64,000 bases of DNA from Marsupella aquatica (taxonomy: Eukaryota > Plantae > Marchantiophyta). Below, piece after piece: positions 1-13,537 of the stretch; the stretch's first letter is position 1, and each line of letters begins with the position of its first letter. Where the stretch lies: positions 5,604,944-5,668,943 of the forward strand of contig OZ316894.1 in assembly GCA_973895155.1 (NCBI GenBank), written 5' to 3'. A program made the translations under genes and the position numbers. The notes beneath the pieces are model-generated. The model saw nothing but the letters and a program-made list of their open reading frames with translations, was not told the DNA's origin and did not search any database.

Positions 1-14
1 TCAGGAATCGCTTA

Positions 15-130
15 ATGGCTTTCTGTGGCTCCAAAACTTTGGATTGTGACAACCAAGGGCTATGAAGAGCAGACAATTGTACCATGGCTTTCTGTGGCTC
101 CATAACTTTGGATTGTCACAACCAAGGGCT
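15..130. repeat. 47-bp direct duplication
   Basis: atggctttctgtggctcca...aaccaagggct at 15-61 and 84-130 with 2 mismatches. Confidence 0.8.
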
Positions 131-489
131 GTTGGAGTGCCTTGAACTCTGAAGGACCTATGGTTCAAGTGTGATTAAGACAAGTACAGTCGGTAGGCTG
201 TGAGTTGCTTTGTGCCATGAGATTAATATATTATACAATAAAGTGTGGGCCTTTGGTTCCTACCAATGCTTCCTTAGATATAAATAACTAAAAAGCTAAC
301 TATGTACATGAAATACATTATATTATCTACCCAGAAAGAGATGAAATTCCACAGGCCTATAACGGAAATGAACATTGTTAATCCCAAGCAACATAACAAA
401 GCCATAATGATAAACAATCTCTTTTTACTTTTACTTATTTGCTGGGCCATTTTTCAAATCGTGTACCAAATTTTATAGGACCCAAGATT

Positions 490-720
490 TCTATCTCCTC
501 TTTATCCTCTACTAAGTCACAGCTTGTGGCATGACTACTTTCTCTTTATCCTCTACTATAGTCACAGCTTGTGCCATGACTATCTCCTCCTTATCCTCTA
601 CTATAGCACTACACAAAGACGAGTTGCTTGTCCCATGACAATCTCCTCCTTTAGCCTCTACCATAGTTACAGCTTCATGACTATCTCCTCATTATCCTCT
701 ACTATAGCACGACACCAAGA
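490..720. repeat. Degenerate ~45-bp minisatellite
   Basis: About five copies of ctatctcctc-ttatcctctactatagtcacagcttgtg. Confidence 0.75.
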
Positions 721-1978
721 CTCCCTATTTTGCTTTAGACCTCTTGTCCTCTTGAGGCTGCAATCTGGGGCGATAAAGAGGTTTACATTCCACTATGTAG
801 ATGTAATTTTCACTGATCCATTTACTTTCAGATGTACCCCCTAGCACATCGGTTTTTACTGGTATGTTAGTTTTTGGTGATGGATAAATACATGTAGACA
901 TTTCCATTTACAATTACTACTATACTATGTGTCACAGCAACATACACTTTTTTTATGAGATTAAGAGACAAAAGATTGAGATACTTCCGAAAACACCATT
1001 GGAATCTACACCGAGAGCAAGGCTATGGATTCAAAGTGTAAGGACTCAAAGTACTGAAGTGACGTGAGGAATCCTCCAAGATTGGACGCAAGGAGATGTG
1101 ATCATGCTTTGCATTGAAAGTCAAACAAATCCTCTGGAATTAGGTGCAAAGGGAGGGAATCCTCCGGAATTGAAGGCAGAGGAAGGTGATTGTGCTATCA
1201 CGACTGAACGAATAGTTCAATCTGATAGTCAGGTTAAGAATCCAGAAATGTGGATTACAAACACATTTCAATTGTACTTTGGCCAATTTGATAAATATAC
1301 AACAAAGAGGACATAGGAGCTGGTGGAGAAAATGGCACACATGCAGCAGCACACGCTCAACTGCGGCAGCTAGAAACAACTTGACAGTTTTCAAGCAAAT
1401 GGATTTTAGACAGCACTAGCAATACCCAACGACGCTTGGCGAACTGACTGAGTGGGCAGAAACAAGGTTTGAGCAGACTCATGCATATGTAATGTTGCAT
1501 ATGAATGCCCGTCGATTCTGTTCCAAGGCCTTGCAAAAGTATCTTCATAACCTTCTCCGGAGGGAAATCGATAACTAAGTTCAAAACGTCTTGCCATAAA
1601 AACCTAAGAAGGTTCTTTAAACCCCCCACCCCATTCACATGCTCAGGGCCTGAAATGGAATACCTTTTCCACAATTACAAAGTTTCATGTAAATAAATCA
1701 TCGAACCTAATGTAAGACATCTGGGAACATTCTGTAAAAACACTATCCTCTTCAATGGAAGAGGGGTCTCTTCAACTCCGAAGGTGACAAAAAATGTCGG
1801 GTTTAGTAAAACGACATTGACCTTCAAAGTTCCAATCACTTTCATTCTCAAGAACCCAAAATTGACACTTCAACAATTGAAGTGCTGACCTACAATGAAA
1901 TGGTATGTTTGATCTATCATCTTTGCCATTCTTCTAAACCTAGATTTTAGCACAGATAGAATTCCTCGGAAGGTATTA

Positions 1979-4900
1979 TCATAGTGGTGGTTGATTCATG
2001 CCCAAGTCCAGATCGGGGTAGATACCAGGCGGTCTTTCCAACGCTTCAATTGATAAGAGTTGGACAGAATTGCCAACTGCATCAGCCCAACCATAGTGAG
2101 GCTCTGCCCTGTTCACGAAACAGAAGTATAACACAGGAAAAATGAGTATCGTCAGGTGCACGTTTACGATCTAGAATTTCAAGGTCACCAAAGTTTGAGA
2201 GAAGTAAGCTTGGACTAGAAACCAGCCTTCACCCTGCTGGCATCCTCAAATTGAACAAAGAAACCTACATCCATCCTTAGTCACCATGTCTACCAACTGT
2301 ATGCGACTGTAGAATATTGAATAAAATTCACCAATATCAGGAGCTCAAGACGACTTGAGGAACTCGAGCCAAAAGCCAAGGCATTCACAAACATCCACCA
2401 AATCGTAATCACTGAGAAAGGTGAAGATAATTACTGGTAGAATGTACCCTCTTCCACAACACTGTCCCAGCTTTCACCACTCGTACTCTTGCCATATTTG
2501 TGCACCTTTCTGCATTACATCCCCCATTTCGTAAGATGATCATTTTCCCAGAGCTACAGGAGAAAGAAGCAGTATTGAAGTCTGCCAAACATAAGACGAA
2601 GGGATCCATGGGGTCTTCCACAATCTTGGGATATTTCGTCTAACTTCTCAGTTTTGTAGTTTGAAAGCCTAACGAAGGAATCTACATATCATACCCAGTT
2701 CCTGTATGCTCTTCTCCCCATGTCCTGGACCAGCCTGCAAGTTCCCAAGAAGGAAATCCCTCAATTTCGTTATTCTCAATCCAAAATCAATCTTGGCTTA
2801 TAATTAAGATCTTTTCACCGATTGCTCACATGTGGGACCTTTCACCTCCTGTATGTGTGTTCCTTGATTCCTACTAGGGTACATCGTTTGGGCGAGCATC
2901 GTTTGTGCAAGTGGCCAATACATCGTTTGGGCGAGCAAGTGAAGCAACAAAAGCTGGAGGATATGGTCCTACATTACCCAGTGAGATACTGTCTCGGTGT
3001 CCTCCATTCCTATCAATCGGACTCAAGTGGCAAACAACCTTCCTAAACTTAATTGAACAGTTACAAAGTCCCCTCTTTGATGTGGAGAAGTTAACAATAA
3101 TGCGATTGAAAGTATGTCAGAGGTTCAATGAATGTCTCGACTCTGCATGCCAACTAACATTTGAGGTTCCGTCCTCATACAAGATGTCAATAAAAGGCAT
3201 GCACAACTCCCATGAATTCATATAGTTTGGTAGGAAAGATCCCCCCTCTCGAGGTGGAGTACAACATACGTTCGCCATTTGCAGAATAATGCCAAGTTTC
3301 TCCTTGTCGAGTTCCAATGCCATTGTTGAAGTTTTCCTCCCACTTATCTCCCCACTTAGTTCCCATGTCTGTCTCTGCCCATTTGTCAGTCCTACAATGG
3401 TCAAAACAACATAATTATTCAACGGAAACTGTTGTTCTCAAACAAACTTCAGACTAATAAACCTAAGAATCCCTTTTTATAACTTGCACGACTGAACACA
3501 TACCATTTTAGAACTGCTCCTCTTCCATCATATTGCTCACCCCATTTTTCCCACCATCCTTGGTCATTTAACCTGCCATATTTATGAGCACCTTTCTCTG
3601 ACCAACCTTTCGCATTGTACTTCTCCCACCTGCGACCAAACCATTGTGGCAACTAGGTCATGTTTGCAACCATTTAAGACAACTTTTTAGTAATCTTGTA
3701 ATAAAAAGAAAACAATACTGAAGAGTCCAAGCTTACGAACTAAGGAAACCATACGATAGGCCATCCCATCAGCAAACACCGAGCAGCCCGAGTAAATTTG
3801 TTGGTCTGTGCCAGCGCACAGAAGTTTGCAGATTCTGTTTTTTTTCTTCATCTTCTTGGCCTCATGACCTTTAAGAACTCAGTGACTAATAAAAGATGAC
3901 GTAGAATTGATATTTCAGTTGGTGTCCTGGAAAATTCTGGCGTTGCTACATGCGAGGACTATGCTCTGAAAACAAATCATTGCTGCAGGCCAGCATGCGC
4001 TTATCATCACGTGATTTTAGTCTGCGCTTCTCGGATCTCCTACTGTAGTATCTAAGCCGGAGTGGATTGGGCAACATTGTACACAAACCAGTTAGAGGTG
4101 CTCACCATTTCTCATACCAACCAGCCGAGCCACTGCCAGATTTGGCTTGCTTCTGGGCACTGAGCTCAATTCTCGCCAGATTGCTGTTCAACGGGACAAA
4201 TCCATACGCGCATAGGTTACCACATTTGCGCATAAGTTAATGATCACGAGTTTCCCCACACTTACTGCGGCAATGAGATATGAAACACTGGATAGACACT
4301 TTCGGGTTGCAGTCTGATAGCTGACCAACTGTCGATAATAACCTGCATGAGTGCTACCAAACTCAAGGATTTCCTGAGATCCAAACTTTGTCAAAGAAAT
4401 CTCATACTACATTATGGAAGATGTTTACCCATTACAGCTATCAGTATGTACCGTATACAAACGAACTTTACCTCCAATCATCTTGCCGAAGAACTTCCTG
4501 CCATGTTTCCCACCATGTGTCTCCTTGAGCATTCCTCCCTGACTTCTCAGCACCTGTTTCAAATTCAATATACCGAAGATAATTTAAAACTCCAGATTGT
4601 ATAACCGCAGGTGATTCAACTACGTCGATAAGAAATCAACAAATGCACAGACTCAACTTAGCGAAGTTTAAATTTGATGAAAATCACGATACTGATTGTC
4701 GCAAGCCTGAACAACTTATTAGGTAATGAAGATGCAGATGTGGCACGGCTCTGCAGCACTGATTCATCCAGTAAATACATACCGAGCTCCTTGTAGCCCG
4801 TCCAATCACTTTTCTCCCACCACTGAAAAAACATCGCGGGGGTGTTAGCCCAGTCTCTAACCTCAGTTCTAATCCAATATTAGGGGAACTAAAACCTGAA

Positions 4901-7900
4901 GCCAAAAGGATTTGAGTAAAATTCAATGTAAAATTGCATGTGAAGCCCTCACCTAACTGCAAGTGAATGACCAAAGCAAGATGTCTTACGATTAGCAAAT
5001 TCAGCCCCATTTGTACTCCATGACGGTCAAAACTTGGGTCAAAGCATTTGTTGGCATGATGTTAACGAAAATGGAGTCATATTGAGGGAAAGGTCCCTGG
5101 TCTAGAATGATTATTAGGAAGACTGATAAGCATGTGTGTACTTGAAAAACTTGACATAGTTGCTCAAAAATAAGACTTGAGCTTACAGCTTCTTTCCATT
5201 CTGAGGTGCTGTCTGCATTTTTCCCACCCATTACTGTCCAGCGGCAGCGATAGCCATTGTCTCCAACATCTTCGCCACTTTCACGGTACCAGGTGCTGCC
5301 ATCTTCATTGATCCCCGAGTCTGTTGTCAACTCGTTCTTTAGGTTGATTCCCCAATCCTTCTCACTTGCTATCCCGGTGTCTACAACCAACAAATTCCAT
5401 TATTGCACGAAATTAAATTTCTATACTCATTCATGGAACACAGTAGCTACCATCCGCCGTAAACACCATCTCCCATAAACAATAAATATTACAGTGAGTA
5501 AGATATGGACCTCTGTCAATATTTCTTGATAAGATTGATGTGAAGGTCACCTATCTTACTAAAGACTCTTGCCCGGAAAATCGTGTTGGATGTAAATTAG
5601 ATGCCAATACAGAATTTAAGTCCTCCTTACCCCTTTTTGGTGGGGTGTCGTGAGATTGAGGTATGCAGTTCCTAACAATGTGCCGAGGAGGTGGTGACTC
5701 GTCATAATTTGTACCCCGCCTGGGCCTGCACATGCAAAATCATAATCATCAAATTAAATGTGGCCTCTGCACAGCTTCGTTTTTTCACAGACAAAGCCTG
5801 TGCGTTGAAGAAAAGATGGGGAAAGTACATAGATGAGAGAACGACCGCTGAAAAAATTCTTTCAGTTACCAAAGAAAAGAACTCAGATAAAACGCTGTAG
5901 ACTTGCTTTACAGAGATATTAAATCACAGTAAGAGGCGATGTCCCTCGACTAAAGAGATCGTACTAAGTTTGACCACCATCAACAAATGCCCAGGTCCAA
6001 GCTACGAGAATTTTAGCGCATGTCAGCGTCATACTTGTCAAAAACATTGTCTTAAAACAACGACGCGTCTGTCAGCGGATGAAAGTCATGAGCACGAGGT
6101 GAACACTAGCCTGGCGGATGTTAGGGGCTGAAGTTGGCCCGCATCTGTCCTTTGTAGCCGAGCGATAATAGAAGCAACGTGGACTCCCCTCTCCCTTCGA
6201 AGTCCTCTGCTGAGTTCTACGTCCGAGCTGCTGCCCCCATCCGACCGCCTTCCCTGCCGCGCTTTGGAATTTAGCCATTCTGATACGTATGACCATGGCT
6301 CCTCCACCACTTGAGTCCCCAGAAAGCTCTTTAGAGAATTCCTTGCCGTTGCATAACATACTACCTGATACAAGGAATACTGACATGCTGGACAAGAAAT
6401 TTCGAAGCTCCTTGTGAAATCCAACAAGGAACGTCTGTATTCTCCGCCCAGGCTTCCGCCTTTCCAACCATCCAGAACAGGAAAATCGCCATTGATTGCG
6501 ACACTACACAATCTTCCGTTTGAACTACGAACTCGAGTTGCAGAATCGTAAGGCGAATTTCGGACGCGACTGCCGCTTACTGAGAGGGACTTCCTGCAGA
6601 TCCCTACACAAAGCCTGCTATCCCTAAACGGCCCAATTGATGCAACTGGGACAGAATCGTCCGTCAATTTAGTCTCAACACGAGTAGATGAGGTCGAGGC
6701 AAATATTGCCCTTCTAGGATGGAAACAAACCCTGTTGCTGCTGATATCTCCGCTGCGACTACGATTCAATGACTGAGAGTGTGCTAGGCTCAAATCCGCG
6801 TTCGTCCTTGACGATGTACCAAATCCTTGACCAACAGAAATACAGTTACCACACTTAAAGAACCCCAGCCTTCCAAGTCCATCCAAAGCCATCCACTCAT
6901 CCACAAGCCCCTCTGCTAAGGGAGGCCTTCTAGCATTTCCCCCTCCTCGATGGCTTGCTTCACGGCATTACAGCCATAATACTGTATTTCGCCCCATCAC
7001 ATTGGTTGTTTACAACGGCGGTAAGAGGTTATTAAACCCGGAGAAATCTTGTGCGTCGTGGAAGAATTCTTCTCCTTTGCATAAGTCAATGCACATCCCA
7101 GACGAAGGGGGTTCAGCCAAATCATAAAGTTCGTCGCACGCGACTCATTGGAACACTAAATTTCATATCTACAGACTACCATCACCCTTCCCCAGGATAA
7201 CAGCGAAGGAGAAAGACTGAAAAAAATCCAGACGCAAATACGAAATCACGAGAGTCTGAAAATCGTCTACAAGTCCGCAAGAAGAAGAGGAAAATAAACG
7301 AGAATAATATGCACGAAACTAGGTCGGCGATGAGAGGGATCTAAAAAACACTTGGTCAGACTCTGAAAACAGAACCCTAACAGGCATGAACTCGGTTTGA
7401 TGTCGGTCACTCAGAATCCAAAATGGGGTGCAAACAACTCGGCGAACATGCAGGAGCTTTTCAAAACCCTCGAGCAGGTTCACCAACTCCATTCAAGATG
7501 CACAAAAGCAGAAGTATGCCGCGGAAAGCTTTGTGTCCACGGTTAATCTCCGAAACATTGGTGGAGGCACCTGGATTTCAAGGATTTTACAAGAGACACG
7601 AATTTCAGGCACGGACCAAATTACGTAATCATCTCTCATCTCGCAAATTGAAAGAGACCGCAGAAATCATAAAAACCTTGACAATTTTTTTTATAATCGC
7701 ACGCTTGAAAATGAATCAATTCTTTCTATGCAAATTTTTAAAATGCTCGAACCCAGTAGCATCAGCAGCAGCAGCCCAAAGCAGATCACAATCACAATGC
7801 CATGAATCCTCGGACAACACTAGTCGAAGGACCTCCTTGCAGCACTCTCAAATGAACATAAATTTCTCCTTCCGTGAAAATTACGACCTTCCGGAGGAAC

Positions 7901-8617
7901 GAAGGACTAGGGATGGATGACGCATAAACAAGACAGAGTACAGAGGCAAGAAATGAGGTCAACTCTTCACATCATATTTCCCTGCATCATCCCTCCCTCC
8001 CTCCAAAATGGTATTTGCGACCCATCAGAGCTCTTCTACACCCATTTACCCCAACTTGCGAACCGGGTTGCGAACTCTCTACTCAGGCTGCTTCCCGAAG
8101 AATTTTCCAACAATGACCAAACTTACGAGAGAAAATAAATCATTCCTCGTACGACGATCTACCACCGCAGCAGCAACCAAATTGTAATCACTGATTTCAT
8201 TAGCAACAGCATGATGGTGCACGCACCTCACTAATTTCAAAAACACGAGCAGCACATTCGGCTCAAAAAGAGAAGCTGGCTCGTCCAGCCCCTTCCTACC
8301 TTCTCGTCTCTTCCTCAATCAGACTCCAACCAGGCCTTGGCCTCCAACTACTAGTCGTACCATTGCAACCCCCTGGATTGAAGCCTGCCCTGCACCATCA
8401 TGACTTCGCTCTTCACCTCCGTTGCGAGCATCACCATCACCACCCAAGGCGCTGAAAATACCACCAAGCTCCGGAGAGAAGCCGACGTTCCCGAGGAGCC
8501 AACTCTCCTCCTTCCCCTCCCTCTCGATGTCATTCGCAGACCGAAAGGTTTGGCAGTCAGCCATCTGGGACTATATACTCCTCCGCAATCATCCCTCGCT
8601 GATGCTGCCAGCACCAT
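1979..8617 (-). CDS. ESV1: EARLY STARVATION 1 (ESV1), plastidial Trp-rich starch-granule-binding protein; spliced gene
   Basis: Minus-strand exons with GT-AG boundaries and consistent phases: 5631-5725, 5187-5380, 4783-4822, 4472-4553, 4106-4183, 3504-3629, 3270-3391, 2695-2734, 2435-2509, 1979-2108. They splice to DTPPKRDTGIASEKDWG...GYRCRW...WWEKSDWTGYKELGAEKSG...NLARIELSAQKQAKSG...WWEKYNAKGWSEKGAHKYGRLN...TDKWAETDMGTKWGDKWEE...WSRTWGEEH...KVHKYGKSTSGESWD...AEPHYGWADAVGNSVQLLSI, matching recalled Arabidopsis ESV1 rather than LESV. The first exon is uncertain: 8361-8617 gives 412 aa, 6111-6892 gives 587 aa. Confidence 0.93.
6111..6892 (-). CDS. ESV1: Candidate ESV1 first exon B (long Ser/Arg-rich N-terminus)
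   Basis: About 260-codon open frame starting at ATGGCT (6892) with transit-peptide-like composition. Near its end the phase-2 donor candidate is non-canonical GCCAG|gctagt at 6111/6110, compatible with the acceptor at 5725. Confidence 0.45.
8361..8617 (-). CDS. ESV1: Candidate ESV1 first exon A (transit-peptide-like)
   Basis: gcaATGG start context; Ser/Arg/Gly-rich MVLAASARDDCGG...; ends CAATG|gtacga, a phase-2 GT donor that joins the phase-2 acceptor at 5725 (W-P-R-R). A GA-rich leader lies upstream at about 8640-9000. Confidence 0.55.
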
Positions 8618-9060
8618 TGCTGCGACAATGATCGCCCGACACTACTTTCTCTCATTACTACCTCCTCGTCCACCTCTGTCGCCTCCTTCAATCCCCTTCA
8701 GACATCTCATGCCATCTCTCGTCTCCCCTCCCCGAATTGACTCCTTCCTCGACAATTTCTCGCCTCCGCTGTTTCCTTGAAATTGCACTCGCGCCGTCTC
8801 CCTCCTGGCATCAAAGCGTTCAGCACCACTCTCAGACCAATTCCTCTCTTCGCATTCGGACCGCCTGCCGCCATCGCTGGAGTCGCCCTTTTCTGCTTCG
8901 CCTTCCTGATTTTCTCCTTCGTTGTTTCGCTCTCTCTTCCTCAGGAGTTTCCTCACTTTCATCTCCCCTTTCCGTTCATTTCCCGTCGTTCCCTCGTCTG
9001 GAAATAGAACCCCCCGGGGGCTCGCCCCTGACCCCCGGCGGGGCCCGCATCTCCTTCTCT

Positions 9061-9087
9061 AGCCGTCCGATGGCCCATCGGACGGCT
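9061..9087. promoter_or_regulatory. Perfect 13-bp-arm palindrome in the GC-rich region upstream of ESV1
   Basis: agccgtccgatgg-c-ccatcggacggct, about 450 bp upstream of the ATG at 8617. The palindrome is observed; the regulatory role is inferred. Confidence 0.4.
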
Positions 9088-11918
9088 CGAGGAGTCCCGT
9101 CCCTGACTTTCAGCTCCGCCCCCCAGCGCTGCGATGTCAGGATCCCGGTCCCGGTGAGATACCAACCCTGGTTAAGTTGTGTACAGTCGGAAACTCGGGA
9201 TGGTACGACGGTAGTTGGCCCTGGGTTGGTTGATAATTTAATTTGCATGGATTCTGTGTTGTTAATCTGGTCATAATTGTGGGTATTCTGTGTTATATCT
9301 TTGCTATGAGCTACATGACCTGTTTTGTTTTATTAAATTTTGCTGTTGGGATGATTGCCCATAGCAAAATAAGGGTTTTGTATGCAGAAAGAAATTATTG
9401 ATTTTATATTTCTGCATTTTGATCTTGTATAGGCGCATATGTTAGCAGAACCTTTGGATTTGAGTGCACGCCAATATCATTAATTGTCAACAGATTAGAT
9501 TCATTTTGTTTTGCTCCCACTCTTTGTGAGTTGGCATGATAATTTTCAAATTTGGAAGGCTTTTACCATTCCTGGGTCTAACCATTTGTTGGCATCACAG
9601 CAAACATATACGATTGTGTTTGTTTGTGACCACAAAGGACCATGTTTGTTTGTGACCGCAAACATCTCTATTTCATGTTTGCAACAAAACCTGCTGACAT
9701 GGCACAGCCATTGGCCAGGACTTTGGGAATGGACTTGTCATTGGGGTCAGAAACAAACCCATAGTTGAAACTGAAGAACTGTATGATGAAGGATTGAACC
9801 TGAGCCATCCTGGTCAGAAGTCACCAATATTCTAACCTATTTTGAAATAAACAGCAACTTAAAACAGATCAAATGGAGCACCAATGGTGCAAAATACAAT
9901 ATGAAGGTAATCAGAATGGACAGCAGCAGTGTCAATTAAAACATTGTGGACTGTTTCTTTAGAAATGGTGCCCTAGGCAACTACAGTAGTGACTCTGATT
10001 CTCCATGTTTCTTATGGAAGGCATTGCCCAAAAGAAGCTTGTGAGTGCTCTCTCTCTCTCCTATTGGTGCCACAATTGAAATGTATTTGTTCTCTAGCCA
10101 TCGATTTTCATTTTCATCTGTTTTCTAAATTTTCTCCTTGTTGGTGCTGCTATAGAGTTCACTCTAAGAGAGAAAAGGATGATTGTCTCAAACCTCAATC
10201 TTGTTGAGCATCCACACAGGTGTTTGCAATCAAGCACCCCGAGCCTGCTAAACACACTTCAAACATTGTGCATACTTCTATATCACAACCTCTGGTTGGC
10301 ATAGGTGCAAAGAGTGTCCATTTTTGAAGAGAGTGACATTCTAAGCCTTGAATCAACCCCACCTAACAATCGCAAACTGGACACATCCCCATTTTAGAGT
10401 TTCTTTTTCCATGCCACTTCGTACCCCCTTTCAGTCCTGACTAAGCCATAATTAATCTCCCATATTAGCACAATAAGGTTTGTCTGTCATGTAGGCTGCC
10501 CATTCTTTTGTGGGCTTTACTGCTGCTGCCATGTGTCATTGAGCACAGCTTTGGTGGCCCAAAGTTCACAGGTAGGGACCTCAAGACATGAAAGTTTCCA
10601 GCCTTTCCCCATGGATCTCCACTTTCACTGCCATCAAGTCAGGAGGGGGTCCAGGCATGAAATTCTTGGTCTATGATAATCAGCCAAGAGTTCACTTTAA
10701 GCCTCCAAAAGAAATGGTGAAAGGGGCCCCTACATGCAAGAGAGCCCTAATAGTAAGTTGGGGATGCCATCAACAATCAAGTGCAAGTTCACCAACCAAC
10801 CTGGTTAGATGAAACCTTCAAGGAAGCTGGTGATGTATTCAGTCACGAGGTCCTCAGTGTGTAAGTCCCCGTAACTTGGCTGTATGGGTGTAACATACAG
10901 TTTTGTGTAAAGTTACACCCGTTGTCCTCCCCGAAGGACGCGCAGCCCTACAAGCGTCGCATTCTTTGTAACGGTACCACAGCCCTTGATCTAGAATAGC
11001 GCCCCACGTCCCTTGATCCACGCAAGCATTCGGCGACAGGATCTTATCCTGTCCATCCAATCCACAGGTGCCGCGATCACGCCTTGTAGCTCCTACAGTA
11101 CCGGTTCCCAGGACTCAGACGCAGCAGTGGCCCCTCAGTTATTTAGCTGCCCCTCCAAACTCGCCTCTAAATAAAGTGTCGTCCATGCAAAGAACTACAA
11201 AGTTGGCAATTAGAGTACCATCTGCCGCCAAATCCGATGGCACTCTAATTTCGACACCCGCCGGTTTGGTCGTACCGGGGTTCCGGCCAACCGGGGCTCG
11301 TTGGACACTTGGTATTGGCATTTTGGGACTGTGGTGAGTCTGGCGACCGGAGCAAGTACCGGCGAATGCCACGCACGCGAAGGCATTTCCAGTTCTCAGA
11401 ATTCTGACACCTTCGCAGTCCAGCTCCGGCCAACCACGCGATCCACCACGTCGGACGAAATGTCAGCAACTGCCGTTGTGGCATCCTGTTCGCGACTGCC
11501 GGGCATTGGCACCCACCAGTGTCACGTCAGCCGTCGCCCGGCGGGATCTGCTTCTTGTCGGGACTTTCGCGTCAGTCATTCTGAGCCACTAGTGTTTTCT
11601 TAATTCCGGAACGAGCCAATCAACAATTAATGTTCTCTTGCCGCCGTTTGCCAAGCTTCCCGGTTTCCTCCTTTCCTCCCACTCGCCGGTGCTCGGCCGC
11701 TGTATCGAACTCTGTTCCTAGAACCTGCCAGATAACGGCTCGGAATCTGGGCTGCTACAGTAGTGCCCAAGTTGGCTTTGTTCTCGTTTTTCGAATTATG
11801 GGGACCACGAAAATCTATTTTATTGTTTCTTCTTTCGTTTCTGCGAATTTCCTTGGCCATTATATTTTTCCTGGCGAATTAACGAAATATAAGTGGCCCC
11901 AACAAGCCGAACAACTAC

Positions 11919-12335
11919 TGTAGTTCTTTCCGCTTTCTCAAAGTGAACCCTTAGTTAATTGTACAAGATCATACAATTAGTACTAACACCCTTGGATGAG
12001 GTTTAAGCTCCAATGGGAAGCTCCCATTGGAAGAAGCAAAGTGCATCTTCCAAGGAACTTTAAGTAAATTTTAGACCGGAATGCACTTTGCTTCCAAGGA
12101 GTGCGCGTGGCCAACCAATGAAAATCTCCCAACCAGGGAAGAGGATCCCAAAGGGAGGTTACAAAAGAAAATCCGAAGCAGGCAGAAGAGCCAAAAAGCT
12201 TAAGAACAAAAGCCATATTGAGCAACAAAGTGAAAAGCTTGGTAAGGCACACAAGTACACCCCATTTTGTATCACCTATTTTCAAGGAGGCAATGCATAT
12301 AGGATGTGGGGTATCATATTTCACATTCCTTAACA
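11919..12335. mobile_element. Solo LTR (417 bp)
   Basis: TGT...ACA termini flanked by a near-identical 5-bp TSD actac/actag; no adjacent PBS or PPT recognised. Confidence 0.55.
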
Positions 12336-13537
12336 ACTAGGCTTGAGAGTGGCTTAACGAATAGGGAATATCCAAACAGATACTAATTGTGCTCAAGTTA
12401 ACCCAATAAGAGCCCTACTACAATATAGCTTAACTCAATCGTAGTACAAACTAAACCAGGCTCTCCTCCTGCATAAACCTATCCCTTGACTCCAACGCCT
12501 CATGTCACTTTGATGTTCAAAATGGACATTCAAAGCCTCTCTCACCAAAGTAACATGTCTAGTTTTCAAAGCAAATATAACACAAATGCCTCCTCGTTTT
12601 GTCAGATTTTGGATTCATGAAGGATTTTCGGGACCCAAAGGGGAGGTGCTTTTGGTGGGAATTGAGCATTTTGGGATTTAGGTTTGGGATCTTTTCCCTG
12701 CTCATGGAGTCCATAATCCAATACAGAGTATTGGCAGACTATGCTTTTATAGTTTTGGGTTGTGTTTTCTCATGTGGTTAGCCTAATTGGTTCTCAGTAA
12801 ATGACAAAATAAGGGTCTGGTTTGGTTTTCAAAGAATTGAGAGTAATATGATTCATGTATCAGTTAGGATTACCCTAATTAAATGCCCTATTAATTAACA
12901 GGGTTTAGGGGTTTGATATGATATTTTTGAGGGGACGTTTGTTGTGTCCGCATCAACTGTGATTAATTTTTGGATCATGGTTGTCATTCCCCTGAAGGTT
13001 TTATTGGTTAGAAAAAAAATGGTTTTTGATGATCAGGTTTTTAGTGTTCAAACAACAACGAGACACGGATCATGGGTAAGATTCCCCTCATTTTTTAGTT
13101 GGTTATTCTTGAGGCCAGCGTTTGAGTGTCAACAACAAAGCATGGTCTGGTGATCATGGTTGAGATTTTGTTCACTAGTGGGTGCATGTTCTTGGATTTA
13201 TTAGATTGACTGAGTAGAATATATGCTGGATCAGATGTTGATGATTAATAGTGACCGTGTACTTTGAGTTAGTTAGTATGTTATTCTCTTAGTGGTTTTG
13301 TGATGCTGTTTCTGTGCTGTTGGGGTACGTTAGCATCCTAAGATGCATCAAAAGAGTTTCAGCAGTAATTCTATCGTCTCAAGTTTGTTTGGGCTGAGAT
13401 TTATATGTTGCATCCTAGGTTGTGGATCTACTTACTCAAAAACTTTGAAAATAATGGATTCAAAATAACTTGGCCCTCATCAAAACTATCAGATGAAAGA
13501 CTGACATTCAATTGGAGTTGAAAGTTTAGGTTTGGTA

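Noticed and set aside
1979-5725. Assignment of the Trp-rich gene to LESV
   Set aside because: Diagnostic segments (DTGIASEKDWG, NLARIE.SAQKQAKSG, GAHKYGRLN, AEPHYGWAD) match ESV1, not LESV.
7423-9276. Plus-strand ORFs 7423-7920, 8400-8780 and 8737-9276
   Set aside because: Low-complexity frames antisense to the ESV1 leader/intron or in GC-rich promoter DNA, with no recognisable motifs.
9459-9480. miR171-like sequence ttgagtgcacgccaatatc
   Set aside because: Needs an indel and mismatches against miR171, and no convincing star arm was found.
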